Source of the DNA: Bacteroidales bacterium
Lineage (GTDB): Bacteria; Bacteroidota; Bacteroidia; Bacteroidales; UBA12077
Reading direction: 5' to 3'
DNA: 29,195 nucleotides
NCBI GenBank assembly: GCA_028282585.1
Contig: JANQHR010000022.1
Coordinates: forward strand, 1 to 29,195
Shown here: positions 1 to 8,891 of the stretch, piece after piece
Layout of the letters: each line of letters begins with the position of its first letter
Numbering within the stretch: position 1 is the first letter of the stretch
Notes under the pieces: generated by a model
Told to the model about the DNA's origin: nothing
What the model saw: the letters and a program-made list of their open reading frames with translations, nothing else
Database searches by the model: none
Translations under genes and position numbers: made by a program

Positions 1-30
1 ACATAAAGTATAAATCCAAAAGATTTTTAT

Positions 31-72
31 AAAAAAGTAGCTGTAAAACTTAATCTACAGCTTCTCAATTTT
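31..72. terminator. Putative intrinsic terminator hairpin (AGCTGTA...TACAGCT) of a gene outside the window
   Basis: Inverted repeat agctgta/tacagct with an A-tract on the left and T-rich sequence on the right. Confidence 0.4.
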
Positions 73-156
73 TATAGTTTACTTACTTCTGAAATTGCCT
101 GTCAAAAAAGTTGCGAACTCAAAAAACTCCTTAATGGATTTTTTTTTACGCATAAA

Positions 157-180
157 CAACGTTTTACAAAAGTTTTCGTC
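157..180 (+). promoter_or_regulatory. Candidate ECF-sigma promoter (CAAC-N16-CGTC) upstream of the DUF5916 gene
   Basis: caac at 157-160 and cgtc at 177-180, 37 nt before the ATG. Matches the general ECF -35 AAC / -10 CGT consensus. Confidence 0.4.
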
Positions 181-217
181 CTTAGATGGAATTAACGAAC
201 GTATTTAACTTTTAACC

Positions 218-2857
218 ATGAAATATAAACAACTTTTTATAATTGTATTTTTAATGCTTTTTAGTTTTTCAGTTCTAGCTCAAGAAAATACAAAACAAAA
301 AAGAATATATAATACAAAAAGAATTCAAAATGGCCCTCCCAGAATTGACGGACTAATTGATGAAGAAATTTGGAACATTGTAGAATGGTCGGGTGATTTT
401 ACGCAAAAAGATCCAAATGATGGAGCTAATCCCTCTCAAGAAACTGCATTTAAAATTTTATATGATGATAATAATTTATATGTTTTAATTCGTGCTTACG
501 ACACTGAACCAGATAAAATAGTAAAACGAATGTCAAGAAGAGATGGATTTGACGGGGATTGGGTAGAAGTTAATATTGACAGTTATTTTGACCAACGTAC
601 TGCATTTTCTTTTACTGCGTCAGTTTCCGGTGTGAAAGGTGACGAGGCAGTCTCAAATGACGGAAACAATTGGGATTCAACATGGGATCCAATTTGGGAA
701 TTAAAAACAAGTATCGATGAGGAAGGTTGGATCGCAGAAATGAAAATCCCATACACCCAGTTAAGATTTAGTAATAATAATAATCAGTTAGTTTGGGGAT
801 TTCAAGTAACACGACGAATTTTTAGAGAAGAAGAAAGATCGCACTGGGCATACTTTTCTAAAGATGAATCCGGATACGTAAGACATTTTGGTGAACTCCA
901 CGGTATAAAAAATATAAAACCTAAAAGACAAGCGGAAATCTCTCCATATATAGTCGCAAAAAAAGAATACTATGAAAAAGAAGAAGATAATCCTTACAGA
1001 GAAAGTGGTACGGATAATACAATCGGATTTGGAGTAGATGGTAAACTTGGTATTACGAATGACTTTACATTAGATTTTACAATTAATCCTGATTTCGGAC
1101 AAGTAGAAGCCGATCCTTCAGAAGTTAATTTAACAGCTTTTGAAACATATTTCCAGGAAAAAAGACCATTTTTTATCGAAAACAGAAATATTACTGATTT
1201 TAGAGTTTCAAGAGGAGGCCCATTCTGGAGAAACAATTTATTCTATTCAAGAAGAATCGGACGTGCTCCCGACTATTATCCCGATATCGACAGTGATTTG
1301 GGAGAATATACTGATGTCCCGGATAATACAACTATACTTGGGGCATTAAAAATTACGGGTAAAACGAAAAATGGTTTGTCTATTGGTATTATAGAAAGCA
1401 TTACGGCAGAAGAAAAAGCAAAAGTAATGCGATACGATGAAGATACTGACCAAGTAAATGAAATTGAAGAAACAGTCGAACCGCTTACAAATTATTTTGT
1501 TGGTAGAATCCAAAAAGACTTTAATGATAATAATACCATTATCGGAGGAATGATCACATCAACAAATCGTTTTATTAACGATGATCATTTAAACTATCTA
1601 AATACAGATGCATATACCGGAGGAATTGACCTAACGCAATATTTTAAGGACAAAAAATATGCATTAACGCTCAAATATGCAATGAGTCATGTTAAGGGAG
1701 ATTCTACAGCCATTATAACACAACAAAGGTCATCCAGGAGATACTTCCAACGACCAGATAATGACTACACCACGTATGATTCAACCAGAACAAGTTTGAC
1801 CGGAACATCAGGGCTTATACACTTCAGTAAACTGGCCAATAGAGGATTTAGATGGGGATCTTGGGTTACGTGGCACTCCCCTGGTTTTGAACTAAATGAT
1901 GTAGGGTATCAGCAAAAGTCTGATGCAATTCTTCAGGTAATTTATGCCGGATATAGATGGACAGAACCATTCGGTATTTTTAGGAGTATAAATATTGGTG
2001 CTGATCAATGGAGCAATTGGGATTTTGGATTAAATAATTCTTATTACGGAGCTAGTGCAAACACCTGGATGGAATTTAAAAATCATTGGTCTTTTGGCAG
2101 TTGGGGTAATATTGAAGGTGAAGCCACATCGAATACAACATTGCGTGGTGGCCCATCCATAAAAGCGCCTGGTGGCTTGAATTTTGGTATGAATTTTGGG
2201 ACGGACGGAAGAAAGAAAGTTCAACTTTATGGTAATGCCGGAATTAATAAGGGGTTTGATAAATCACGAAATAACAACTGGTATGGAGTTGATGTAATTT
2301 ACAGACCTTTTGATGCTCTGAGAATTTCGTTTTTACCAGATATTTCATTTTCCTGGAATGAAATGCAGTATGTAGATTCTGAAGAGTATAACGGCGAGGA
2401 CAGGTATATTTTTGCCCAAATAAATCGTGTTACAACAGACTTAACTGTACGTATTGATTATACTATAACACCAGATTTAACTATACAATTCTATGGATCA
2501 CCATTTATAAGTGCAGGGGATTACTCTGATCCAAAATATATTATTAATCCTAAGGCCGATAGCTATGAGGATAGATATAGCACTGATGTTTCCTGGTCAA
2601 GCTCTCCTGAGGATGGTGATACTTTTCAGGATTATTTAGATAAGGAATATGATTTTAATTTTAAACAATTTAGATCAAACCTTGTTCTTCGCTGGGAATA
2701 CCGTCCTGGATCATTATTATTTCTTGTTTGGACACAAAGTAAAACAGGAAGCGAAAGTACTGGTAACTTTTCTTTTAAAGATGATTTCGATACTTTATTT
2801 AACTTACATCCTTATAATGTACTATTAGTAAAACTTTCATTTAGAATTGCTAATTAG
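218..2857 (+). CDS. DUF5916 family outer-membrane protein with N-terminal CBM9-like (DOMON-type) domain
   Basis: Signal peptide. CBM9-like motifs PRIDG...W, LYDDNNLY and GWIAEMKIP. DUF5916 hallmark TINPDFGQVEADP...EKRPFF. C-terminal beta-barrel-like sequence NLVLRWEYRPGS. Confidence 0.85.
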   Translation: MKYKQLFIIVFLMLFSFSVLAQENTKQKRIYNTKRIQNGPPRIDGLIDEEIWNIVEWSGDFTQKDPNDGANPSQETAFKILYDDNNLYVLIRAYDTEPDKIVKRMSRRDGFDGDWVEVNIDSYFDQRTAFSFTASVSGVKGDEAVSNDGNNWDSTWDPIWELKTSIDEEGWIAEMKIPYTQLRFSNNNNQLVWGFQVTRRIFREEERSHWAYFSKDESGYVRHFGELHGIKNIKPKRQAEISPYIVAKKEYYEKEEDNPYRESGTDNTIGFGVDGKLGITNDFTLDFTINPDFGQVEADPSEVNLTAFETYFQEKRPFFIENRNITDFRVSRGGPFWRNNLFYSRRIGRAPDYYPDIDSDLGEYTDVPDNTTILGALKITGKTKNGLSIGIIESITAEEKAKVMRYDEDTDQVNEIEETVEPLTNYFVGRIQKDFNDNNTIIGGMITSTNRFINDDHLNYLNTDAYTGGIDLTQYFKDKKYALTLKYAMSHVKGDSTAIITQQRSSRRYFQRPDNDYTTYDSTRTSLTGTSGLIHFSKLANRGFRWGSWVTWHSPGFELNDVGYQQKSDAILQVIYAGYRWTEPFGIFRSINIGADQWSNWDFGLNNSYYGASANTWMEFKNHWSFGSWGNIEGEATSNTTLRGGPSIKAPGGLNFGMNFGTDGRKKVQLYGNAGINKGFDKSRNNNWYGVDVIYRPFDALRISFLPDISFSWNEMQYVDSEEYNGEDRYIFAQINRVTTDLTVRIDYTITPDLTIQFYGSPFISAGDYSDPKYIINPKADSYEDRYSTDVSWSSSPEDGDTFQDYLDKEYDFNFKQFRSNLVLRWEYRPGSLLFLVWTQSKTGSESTGNFSFKDDFDTLFNLHPYNVLLVKLSFRIAN

Positions 2858-2894
2858 AGCATACCAGCTTTAATTTTATATTAAAAATAATTTT

Positions 2895-2930
2895 AGGATT
2901 AGTGATTACAATTTCACTAATTCTTTTTTT
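2895..2930 (+). terminator. Intrinsic terminator of the DUF5916 gene
   Basis: aggattagtga-N8-tcactaattct stem (one G-U pair) followed by a T-tract. Confidence 0.7.
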
Positions 2931-2968
2931 ATTTAATATTTATGTAACGAGATTTAATATATAAATTC

Positions 2969-2976
2969 TATTTTTG
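2969..2976 (+). promoter_or_regulatory. Bacteroidota primary-sigma -7 box (TAnnTTTG) for satP
   Basis: TATTTTTG, about 30 nt upstream of ATG 3006. Confidence 0.5.
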
Positions 2977-3005
2977 CCAGCTTTAATAATTTATAAAAAT
3001 ATAAG

Positions 3006-3587
3006 ATGAGTAATAAACAAGAATTAGTAAGGTTAGTAGATACTACAACTAACCCAGCCGCATTTGGACTTTGTGGTTTTGGAATGTCAACCCTATTGTT
3101 AAACTTACATAATATAGGTTTATTCCCTTTAGATTCAATGATAATGGCAATGGGGATATTCTTTGGCGGAATAGCACAAGTTATAGTTGGTAATATTGAA
3201 GGTAAAAAGAACAATATGTTCGGGATGGTAGCATTTGGTTCGTATGGCTTCTTTTGGATTATTTTAATTGCATTAATGATGATTCCAAAATTAGGTCTTG
3301 GCGAGGCACCTAGCCCTAATGCTATGGGTTGGTTCCTAACAGTTTGGGGCATTTTTTCAACAGGATTATTCGTTGCTACTTTTAATCTTTCCAAGATGAT
3401 GAGAGTATTATTTGGTTCCGTAGTTGCATTATTCTTTTTATTAGCAATTGCAGATTTTTCGGGAAACCATACTATAAAGATCATTGCAGGTATAGACGGA
3501 ATCTTTGCAGGAAGCTTCGCTTTATACATTGCACTTGCAATGGTTATAAATGATACCTTTAAAAAGGAAGTTATTAAGCTAAGATAA
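3006..3587 (+). CDS. satP: Acetate/succinate uptake transporter, GPR1/FUN34/YaaH (SatP) family
   Basis: About 6 TM helices. NPAxxGLxGFG.TxLLN motif, GGIAQ and AFGSYGFFW. Confidence 0.9.
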   Translation: MSNKQELVRLVDTTTNPAAFGLCGFGMSTLLLNLHNIGLFPLDSMIMAMGIFFGGIAQVIVGNIEGKKNNMFGMVAFGSYGFFWIILIALMMIPKLGLGEAPSPNAMGWFLTVWGIFSTGLFVATFNLSKMMRVLFGSVVALFFLLAIADFSGNHTIKIIAGIDGIFAGSFALYIALAMVINDTFKKEVIKLR

Positions 3588-3609
3588 TATTTCCGTATTG
3601 CAAATTAAC

Positions 3610-3645
3610 ATAAAACCTGAAGTAAGTTTCAGGTTTTATTGTTTC
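3610..3645 (+). terminator. Intrinsic terminator after satP
   Basis: Perfect 12-bp inverted repeat ataaaacctgaa-gtaagt-ttcaggttttat. Confidence 0.8.
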
Positions 3646-3745
3646 ATAATTTACACTATTAAACACTATTTAATTTAAATAATAAGTCTGTTGATTCTGT
3701 TGCCATTATTCATTACATTTAATCTTTATTTTAAAATCAACAGTT

Positions 3746-4480
3746 ATGAAAACAACAATTAGTTTATTAATTTCATTGCTATTAACAACGCTGGCCTTTA
3801 CTCAAAACCTACAAACAGATAAATTTAAAACAAACAATGGTGATTTGTCCATTCATTTTGTTAAACATGGTTCCATATTTTTTGAATATGATGAAAAGGT
3901 AATTCACATTGATCCTGTAATCAGAATGGGTGATTATGAAAATTATCCTGATGCTGACCTAATCGTAATAACCCATCACCATGGAGATCATTTAGATTTA
4001 AACGCAATTGCATTACTTAAAAAAGAAAATACAAAAATCATTCTTACTAAAAAATGTCAGGAAATGACTGAGAATTTATCTGACATTATCGTAATGAACA
4101 ACGGTGATATTTTAAATATTAATCAATTGGAAATTGAAGCTATACCTGCTTATAATATTGAGCACAAAAGAGAAAATGGAGATCCTTTTCATCCCAAAGG
4201 AGAGGGAAACGGATATATTATTACATTCGGAGATAAAAAAGTATTAGTAGCTGGAGATACTGAAAACATCCCGGAAATTAAAGCATTAAAAAATATTGAT
4301 ATTGCATTTTTACCTATGAATTTACCGTATACAATGACACCGGAAATGGTTGCAGATGCAGCAAAAGCATTTAAGCCAAAGGTTTTATACCCGTATCATT
4401 ACGGAAATACTGATACTTCAAAATTGATAGATTTACTTAAAGATGAAAAGGAAATTGAGGTGAGAATTAAAAAAATGTAA
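3746..4480 (+). CDS. Secreted MBL-fold metallo-hydrolase (UlaG/Lactamase_B_3-like)
   Basis: Signal peptide. HxHxDH motif (THHHGDH), AGDTE, LPMNLPYTM and PYHY. Confidence 0.9.
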   Translation: MKTTISLLISLLLTTLAFTQNLQTDKFKTNNGDLSIHFVKHGSIFFEYDEKVIHIDPVIRMGDYENYPDADLIVITHHHGDHLDLNAIALLKKENTKIILTKKCQEMTENLSDIIVMNNGDILNINQLEIEAIPAYNIEHKRENGDPFHPKGEGNGYIITFGDKKVLVAGDTENIPEIKALKNIDIAFLPMNLPYTMTPEMVADAAKAFKPKVLYPYHYGNTDTSKLIDLLKDEKEIEVRIKKM

Positions 4481-4485
4481 TGTGT

Positions 4486-4578
4486 AAATTCCAAATATCA
4501 AAACTCAAATAACAAATAAGTTCCAATTCTCAAATTATCAATCTTTAATTGTAATTTGCTATTTGTATTATGGTATTT
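4486..4578. repeat. Degenerate heptamer-periodic inverted repeat, (AAAtNNC)n ... (GNNaTTT)n
   Basis: Left arm aaattcc aaatatc aaaactc aaataac aaataag. Right arm gtaattt gctattt gtattat ggtattt. Confidence 0.6.
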
Positions 4579-4593
4579 ATTTTCAAATTTTTC

Positions 4594-4617
4594 CATCTTT
4601 TTAAATTTCGTTTAGTC
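4594..4617 (+). promoter_or_regulatory. Candidate autoregulatory ECF promoter (CATC-N16-AGTC)
   Basis: catc at 4594-4597 and agtc at 4614-4617, directly upstream of the ECF sigma gene. Same spacing as the motif at 157-180. Confidence 0.35.
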
Positions 4618-4635
4618 TATAAATAAAAAAAGGAT

Positions 4636-5187
4636 TTGGGCGAAAAAAATGTAGAAATACATGCTAAATTAATTGACGAAGCACTTAAAGGCAGCCAACA
4701 GGCTATGTACAGGCTGTATAAATTATATGTACAAGCCATGTATAATACCTGCATAAGAATGGTGCCAAACCAATACGATGCTGAAGATATTATACAAGAA
4801 TCATTTGTTAAGGCATTTAACAATTTGCATTCGTTCCGGGGAGATTCTTCCTTTGGTTCATGGTTAAAACGAATTGTAATAAATCAATCAATTACTTTTT
4901 TAAGAAAGAAAAAACAAGATTTTCTTGAAGTTGATTGCTTAGAATTGCCAAGTGACGAAGATGAAGATATCACTTCGGGTATAAATCCTACAATGATTCA
5001 TGATTCTATTAAAACTCTTCCCAAAAAGGCAAGAGTAGTTCTCAACCTTTATTTATTAGAAGGTTACAGGCACAAAGAAATTGCTAAAATTTTGAATATT
5101 ACAGAATCAACATCAAAATCTCAGTATCTGCGTGCTAAACAATTATTACGTGAGAAACTAAAAAAGGAGATTCGTTATGAATATTGA
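4636..5187 (+). CDS. ECF RNA polymerase sigma-70 factor (TTG start)
   Basis: Region 2 motifs DAEDIIQESF and FGSWLKRIVIN. Region 4 motif EGYRHKEIAKILNITESTSKSQYLRAK. Confidence 0.95.
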   Translation: MGEKNVEIHAKLIDEALKGSQQAMYRLYKLYVQAMYNTCIRMVPNQYDAEDIIQESFVKAFNNLHSFRGDSSFGSWLKRIVINQSITFLRKKKQDFLEVDCLELPSDEDEDITSGINPTMIHDSIKTLPKKARVVLNLYLLEGYRHKEIAKILNITESTSKSQYLRAKQLLREKLKKEIRYEY

Positions 5188-5701
5188 GGAGTATATACGT
5201 AAAAACAGAAATCAGCTTGATGTTGAAATGCCAGATGATGATTATTTATGGACTGGAATATCCCATTCCTTAAATAAAAAACCAAGACAAAAACGATTTT
5301 TGATTTTAAAAATTGCAGCTGCAACTGTTGTATTAATAACTTTATCCGTTATAACTTATCAAGTTACTTCTTTACGTAATAATCAACAATTGATTTTAGC
5401 AAAAATCGACCCAGACTTGGCAAAACAAGAAGCTCAATTCCAAAATCAAATTAAAACTTACTATCAGGTTTTAGCAGCAACAAATTATGATGAAGAACTT
5501 CTAACATCAAGTTTTAGAGATCTTGAGTATATCGATACACTTATAAATAAATACTCTGCGGACCTCAACAAACATGGACCAAATCTTAAATTACTAAACT
5601 CGTTAATGGATCTTTATCAAAAAAAAATCAGGCTGTTAGACAGAATGTTAAACGAAATAGAAAAAAATAAGAAATATGAAAACAATAAAACAAATATATA
5701 A
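5177..5701 (+). CDS. Putative membrane-anchored anti-sigma factor
   Basis: Overlaps the sigma stop. N-terminal P...LW.GI motif, a single TM (KIAAATVVLITLSVITY) and a helical C-terminus. Confidence 0.7.
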   Translation: MNIEEYIRKNRNQLDVEMPDDDYLWTGISHSLNKKPRQKRFLILKIAAATVVLITLSVITYQVTSLRNNQQLILAKIDPDLAKQEAQFQNQIKTYYQVLAATNYDEELLTSSFRDLEYIDTLINKYSADLNKHGPNLKLLNSLMDLYQKKIRLLDRMLNEIEKNKKYENNKTNI

Positions 5702-6986
5702 GGTTCTTTTAGCTCCAATTTTAATTGTCTTAGCAATAAATTCAAGTACTGCTCAAGAACGTAAAGAATCATTTGAAAAGAGTTATCAAATTAGCTCTAC
5801 TGGTAACTTTGGCTTTTCATGTTATGATACAGATTTGAAAGTAAATACCTGGAATAAAGATGAAGTAAAAATAATAGGTGAAATCATAATTGTTGGTGGA
5901 GATCCTGATGACCAGGAAAAATTAGTTGAAGTATTTAAAAATCCGGAAGTTTCAAGTTCACCCAACTCTTTAAAAATAGAGACTGATTTGGCAAAAAACA
6001 CCATTATTATAGGGCCTTTCAAGAAAATTACTCTAGTAAGCGGTAAAACAATTCGAATCGATAAATATAAAGCAAACTACACCTTGTGGATTCCGGAAAA
6101 TATCAACTTTGATCTAAAAAGTAAATATAATAACGTTGATATTTCAACATTAAAAGGAAATGTTGATTTTAACTTGTATGAAGTTGACCTTACATTAGTA
6201 AACTTCAAAGAAGGTGATTTCGATATGAAATATAGCTCCGCTGAATTTGTTAAAGGGGAAAAAGCCAAATTTGATATATATGAGTGCGAAATTGAAGCTA
6301 AAGAAATTAATGAAATCATAGCTAACACCAGATATTCAGAATATAAAATTGAGAACGCAGAAAAATTAGCTATTAATTCATACGAAGATGAATTTGAATT
6401 TCAAAACCTTAAACATGGAATAACCGGACAAGCTAAGTATTCCAACATCAATATAGCCAGCAATATTGATCTCATTAAAATGGATGTGTATGAAACCGAC
6501 ATTGAGGTTTTGAATGTTAAAAAAGTTGAATATGCATCAAAATACTCCAAATTTAGTGCTCAAAATGTTGATTTGTTTGAATGTAGCAATCTATACGAAG
6601 TTGAAATATTTGCGTCCACTGTTGGTGAATTCTCAATTCAGGAATCAAAATACGATGATGTAAAGTTTGAAAAAATAACCAAATCAATTGAAGTGCCAAG
6701 TGCATACGAACTTGATCTTCACGTAGGTATTGTAGAATCGAGTTTCGAAAGGTTTTATGCCGACCTTAAGTATGGAACAATTAAACTACCCTTATCTTCA
6801 AATCTTGAATTTAGCCTTGATTTTGTAACTACCTATGGTGATGTAGATTTTCCAAAAGATAGAATTAAAGTAAAAGATTTAAATATAAAAGAAAGTAGCA
6901 AGCATTCTTTTGAAGGAGCTACAAATGAAAATCCAAAATGCAGTATAAAATTTAAAGCATATGATGCTAATGTTGATTTGGACTAA
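5676..6986 (+). CDS. Secreted DUF4097-like (beta-strand repeat, adhesin-like) protein
   Basis: Signal peptide ending STA-Q. Recurring ~20-aa repeats (SKYnxvdi, DxYExxi). Typical third gene of Bacteroidota ECF/anti-sigma operons. Confidence 0.6.
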   Translation: MKTIKQIYKVLLAPILIVLAINSSTAQERKESFEKSYQISSTGNFGFSCYDTDLKVNTWNKDEVKIIGEIIIVGGDPDDQEKLVEVFKNPEVSSSPNSLKIETDLAKNTIIIGPFKKITLVSGKTIRIDKYKANYTLWIPENINFDLKSKYNNVDISTLKGNVDFNLYEVDLTLVNFKEGDFDMKYSSAEFVKGEKAKFDIYECEIEAKEINEIIANTRYSEYKIENAEKLAINSYEDEFEFQNLKHGITGQAKYSNINIASNIDLIKMDVYETDIEVLNVKKVEYASKYSKFSAQNVDLFECSNLYEVEIFASTVGEFSIQESKYDDVKFEKITKSIEVPSAYELDLHVGIVESSFERFYADLKYGTIKLPLSSNLEFSLDFVTTYGDVDFPKDRIKVKDLNIKESSKHSFEGATNENPKCSIKFKAYDANVDLD

Positions 6987-6996
6987 AATAAATTAA

Positions 6997-7028
6997 ATGG
7001 TCATTCTTCCATTTGCAAGGATGACCAT
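6997..7028. terminator. Hairpin or terminator after the ECF operon
   Basis: atggtcattctt-N8-aaggatgaccat inverted repeat with one G-U pair. Confidence 0.6.
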
Positions 7029-7316
7029 CTAAAAGTTCGGATTAAAAAAGTATAATTACATTAAATATTAAACCAGGTTTTGTCCCAATGGAACAATATT
7101 ACATCATGATAAGATAGCAAATACAGGTAAAAATAATCCTATTTTCACCAATACTTTTGCAATCAAAAAATACAAGAAGACAAATACCACTAAGAAACAA
7201 ATCAATGTTAAAAGCCAAATAATTCCATTAAGTTTTCCTGTAAAGCTTTTATTAAATCTGTTTTTGGAAAATATTCAGGATTTACAAAACTATAAACTTT
7301 GTCTAAAAATTATGCT

Positions 7317-8420
7317 TTACATTTTTACAAACTTAACCTCAAACAAACTTGGCCACCGTTTACCGGTTATAAAATAACGGTCATTTTCTTTATCAAAAGC
7401 AATTCCATTTAGAACGTTATCTTGTTCTCCTTGATAACCTGCAGGTACTATTTTTCTGCAATCTATAAGCTTTACAACCTTACCTGTTTTAGGATCAAAC
7501 GCAATTAAATGTTCTGATTGCCATATATTGGCATAAACCAATCCATTTATATATTCAAGTTCGTTTATATTATGAACCGGTCCGTCCTGATCATAAATCT
7601 CAATTTTTCCAATTTTATTAAAATACTCTGGATCCAAAAAATAAATATTTTGAGTACCATCACTCATAATTAGTTGTTCACCATCACTAGTAATTCCCCA
7701 TCCTTGTGTTGAATATTGCAGAGTTGTAATTAGCTTAAAAGTAGCTTTATCATAAACAAATCCAGTTTTAGAAGTCCAGGTTAGTTGTATAATTTTATCC
7801 TTAAATGCAGTTATTCCCTCTCCAAAATATTTTGCCTCCAGGTTCAACTGTGCAATTAACTTTCCGGTTTTATAATCTACTTTTCTTAATGAAGATTCTC
7901 CTCTTTGTCCGGTTCCTTCGTACATTACTCCATTATCATAAAAAAGCCCTTGAGTGTAAGCCTTTTTATCATGAGGATAAGTATTTATGATCTTACATTC
8001 ATAAAGCTCCGGTTTAATATCTGATTTAAATCTTAATCTTAGATAATAACTATCAACCCTATTACCTTCAGAATATGCAGATATCTTTAATTGATTAGTA
8101 CCCGTAGTTAAATGTTTTGTTTGCCATTTAAAACCTAACTCTTCTGGTAATAGTTTTATATTTTTTCCTTTTGTTTCCGCAATTAAAGAGTCAATAACAA
8201 TATCTGATTCCTTTAAGGTGAGTTGAATGTCAATTTCATCACCAATTGTAAACATCTCCCGGTCTTTCGGTGAATCTACTTTTATAACAGAAACACGTTT
8301 TATCGTATTTTGGGCTTGAGGTTTTATTTCTTGTTTTGTGTTTTTATCTTGTTGTGAACAAGAAAGTTGTAAAAAAGCTAAAGCAATTATTAAAAAGTTG
8401 TATTTATTCATACTAATCAT
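7317..8420 (-). CDS. Glutaminyl-peptide cyclotransferase (type I, beta-propeller QC) lipoprotein; start may be 8411
   Basis: Lipobox LQLSC. Motifs YPHD..AYTQGL, YFGEG, QLTW, GWG, MSDG, NELE, ANIW, VLNGIA and TGKRW. Confidence 0.92.
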   Translation of the reverse strand: MISMNKYNFLIIALAFLQLSCSQQDKNTKQEIKPQAQNTIKRVSVIKVDSPKDREMFTIGDEIDIQLTLKESDIVIDSLIAETKGKNIKLLPEELGFKWQTKHLTTGTNQLKISAYSEGNRVDSYYLRLRFKSDIKPELYECKIINTYPHDKKAYTQGLFYDNGVMYEGTGQRGESSLRKVDYKTGKLIAQLNLEAKYFGEGITAFKDKIIQLTWTSKTGFVYDKATFKLITTLQYSTQGWGITSDGEQLIMSDGTQNIYFLDPEYFNKIGKIEIYDQDGPVHNINELEYINGLVYANIWQSEHLIAFDPKTGKVVKLIDCRKIVPAGYQGEQDNVLNGIAFDKENDRYFITGKRWPSLFEVKFVKM

Positions 8421-8841
8421 TTTTTTTCTTTTTTAATTTTTTAAAAAACGATTTTTTTCGAGGAAAGATGTTTTTAAGTTGCGATTTTGTATCATCGGAA
8501 TAAATATTAGGATTTAAAACTTTCCAAATCTCACTCCACCCTAAAAAACCGCCAACATTTCTATCATCTATATAAACATCAGCCATTATTTTTCTGCTCA
8601 TTGATTCATCATAAATTTCCTCGGGATAATTTTTATTTACAGCATAAAACTCAATGCCATTTTTCCTGCAAAACTCTACTGCTTCTTTTAACTCATCTCC
8701 AGACCTATATGTCCACAATAATAATTGATGACCTTTTTCTTGCAACGCTTTTAAAGTTTCAAAAGCAAACAGTTTGGGTTTACCTATTTTAGGATATTCA
8801 TGCTCTACTATAGTTCCGTCAAAATCTACTGCGATTATCAT
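8413..8841 (-). CDS. BT0820-like HAD-type phosphatase
   Basis: MIIAVDFDGTIV (DxD motif I), LWTYR and ADVYIDDRN. Confidence 0.9.
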   Translation of the reverse strand: MIIAVDFDGTIVEHEYPKIGKPKLFAFETLKALQEKGHQLLLWTYRSGDELKEAVEFCRKNGIEFYAVNKNYPEEIYDESMSRKIMADVYIDDRNVGGFLGWSEIWKVLNPNIYSDDTKSQLKNIFPRKKSFFKKLKKKKND

Positions 8842-8862
8842 ACCTGGCTATTTTGCTTTAAA

Positions 8863-8870
8863 CAAATGTA
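8863..8870 (-). promoter_or_regulatory. Bacteroidota -7 box for the HAD-QC operon
   Basis: TACATTTG on the minus strand, 21 nt upstream of ATG 8841. Confidence 0.55.
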
Positions 8871-8891
8871 AATATTTTTTTTAATGGCACA

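Noticed and set aside
994-2224. Short ORFs 994-1236, 1140-1349 and 2030-2224
   Set aside because: Nested in or antisense to the DUF5916 gene with no independent coding signal.
2899-2920. TTAGTGA-N8-TCACTAA as a Rex- or CRP-like operator for satP
   Set aside because: The stem extends with a G-U pair and is followed by a T-tract, so it is better explained as the DUF5916 terminator.
2954-3529. 191-aa minus-strand ORF
   Set aside because: Antisense shadow of satP. Membrane-protein codons often leave the opposite frame open, and it has no motifs.
4617-8792. Short ORFs 4617-4823, 5822-6022, 6077-6328, 7805-7990 and 8601-8792
   Set aside because: Antisense shadows of well-supported genes.
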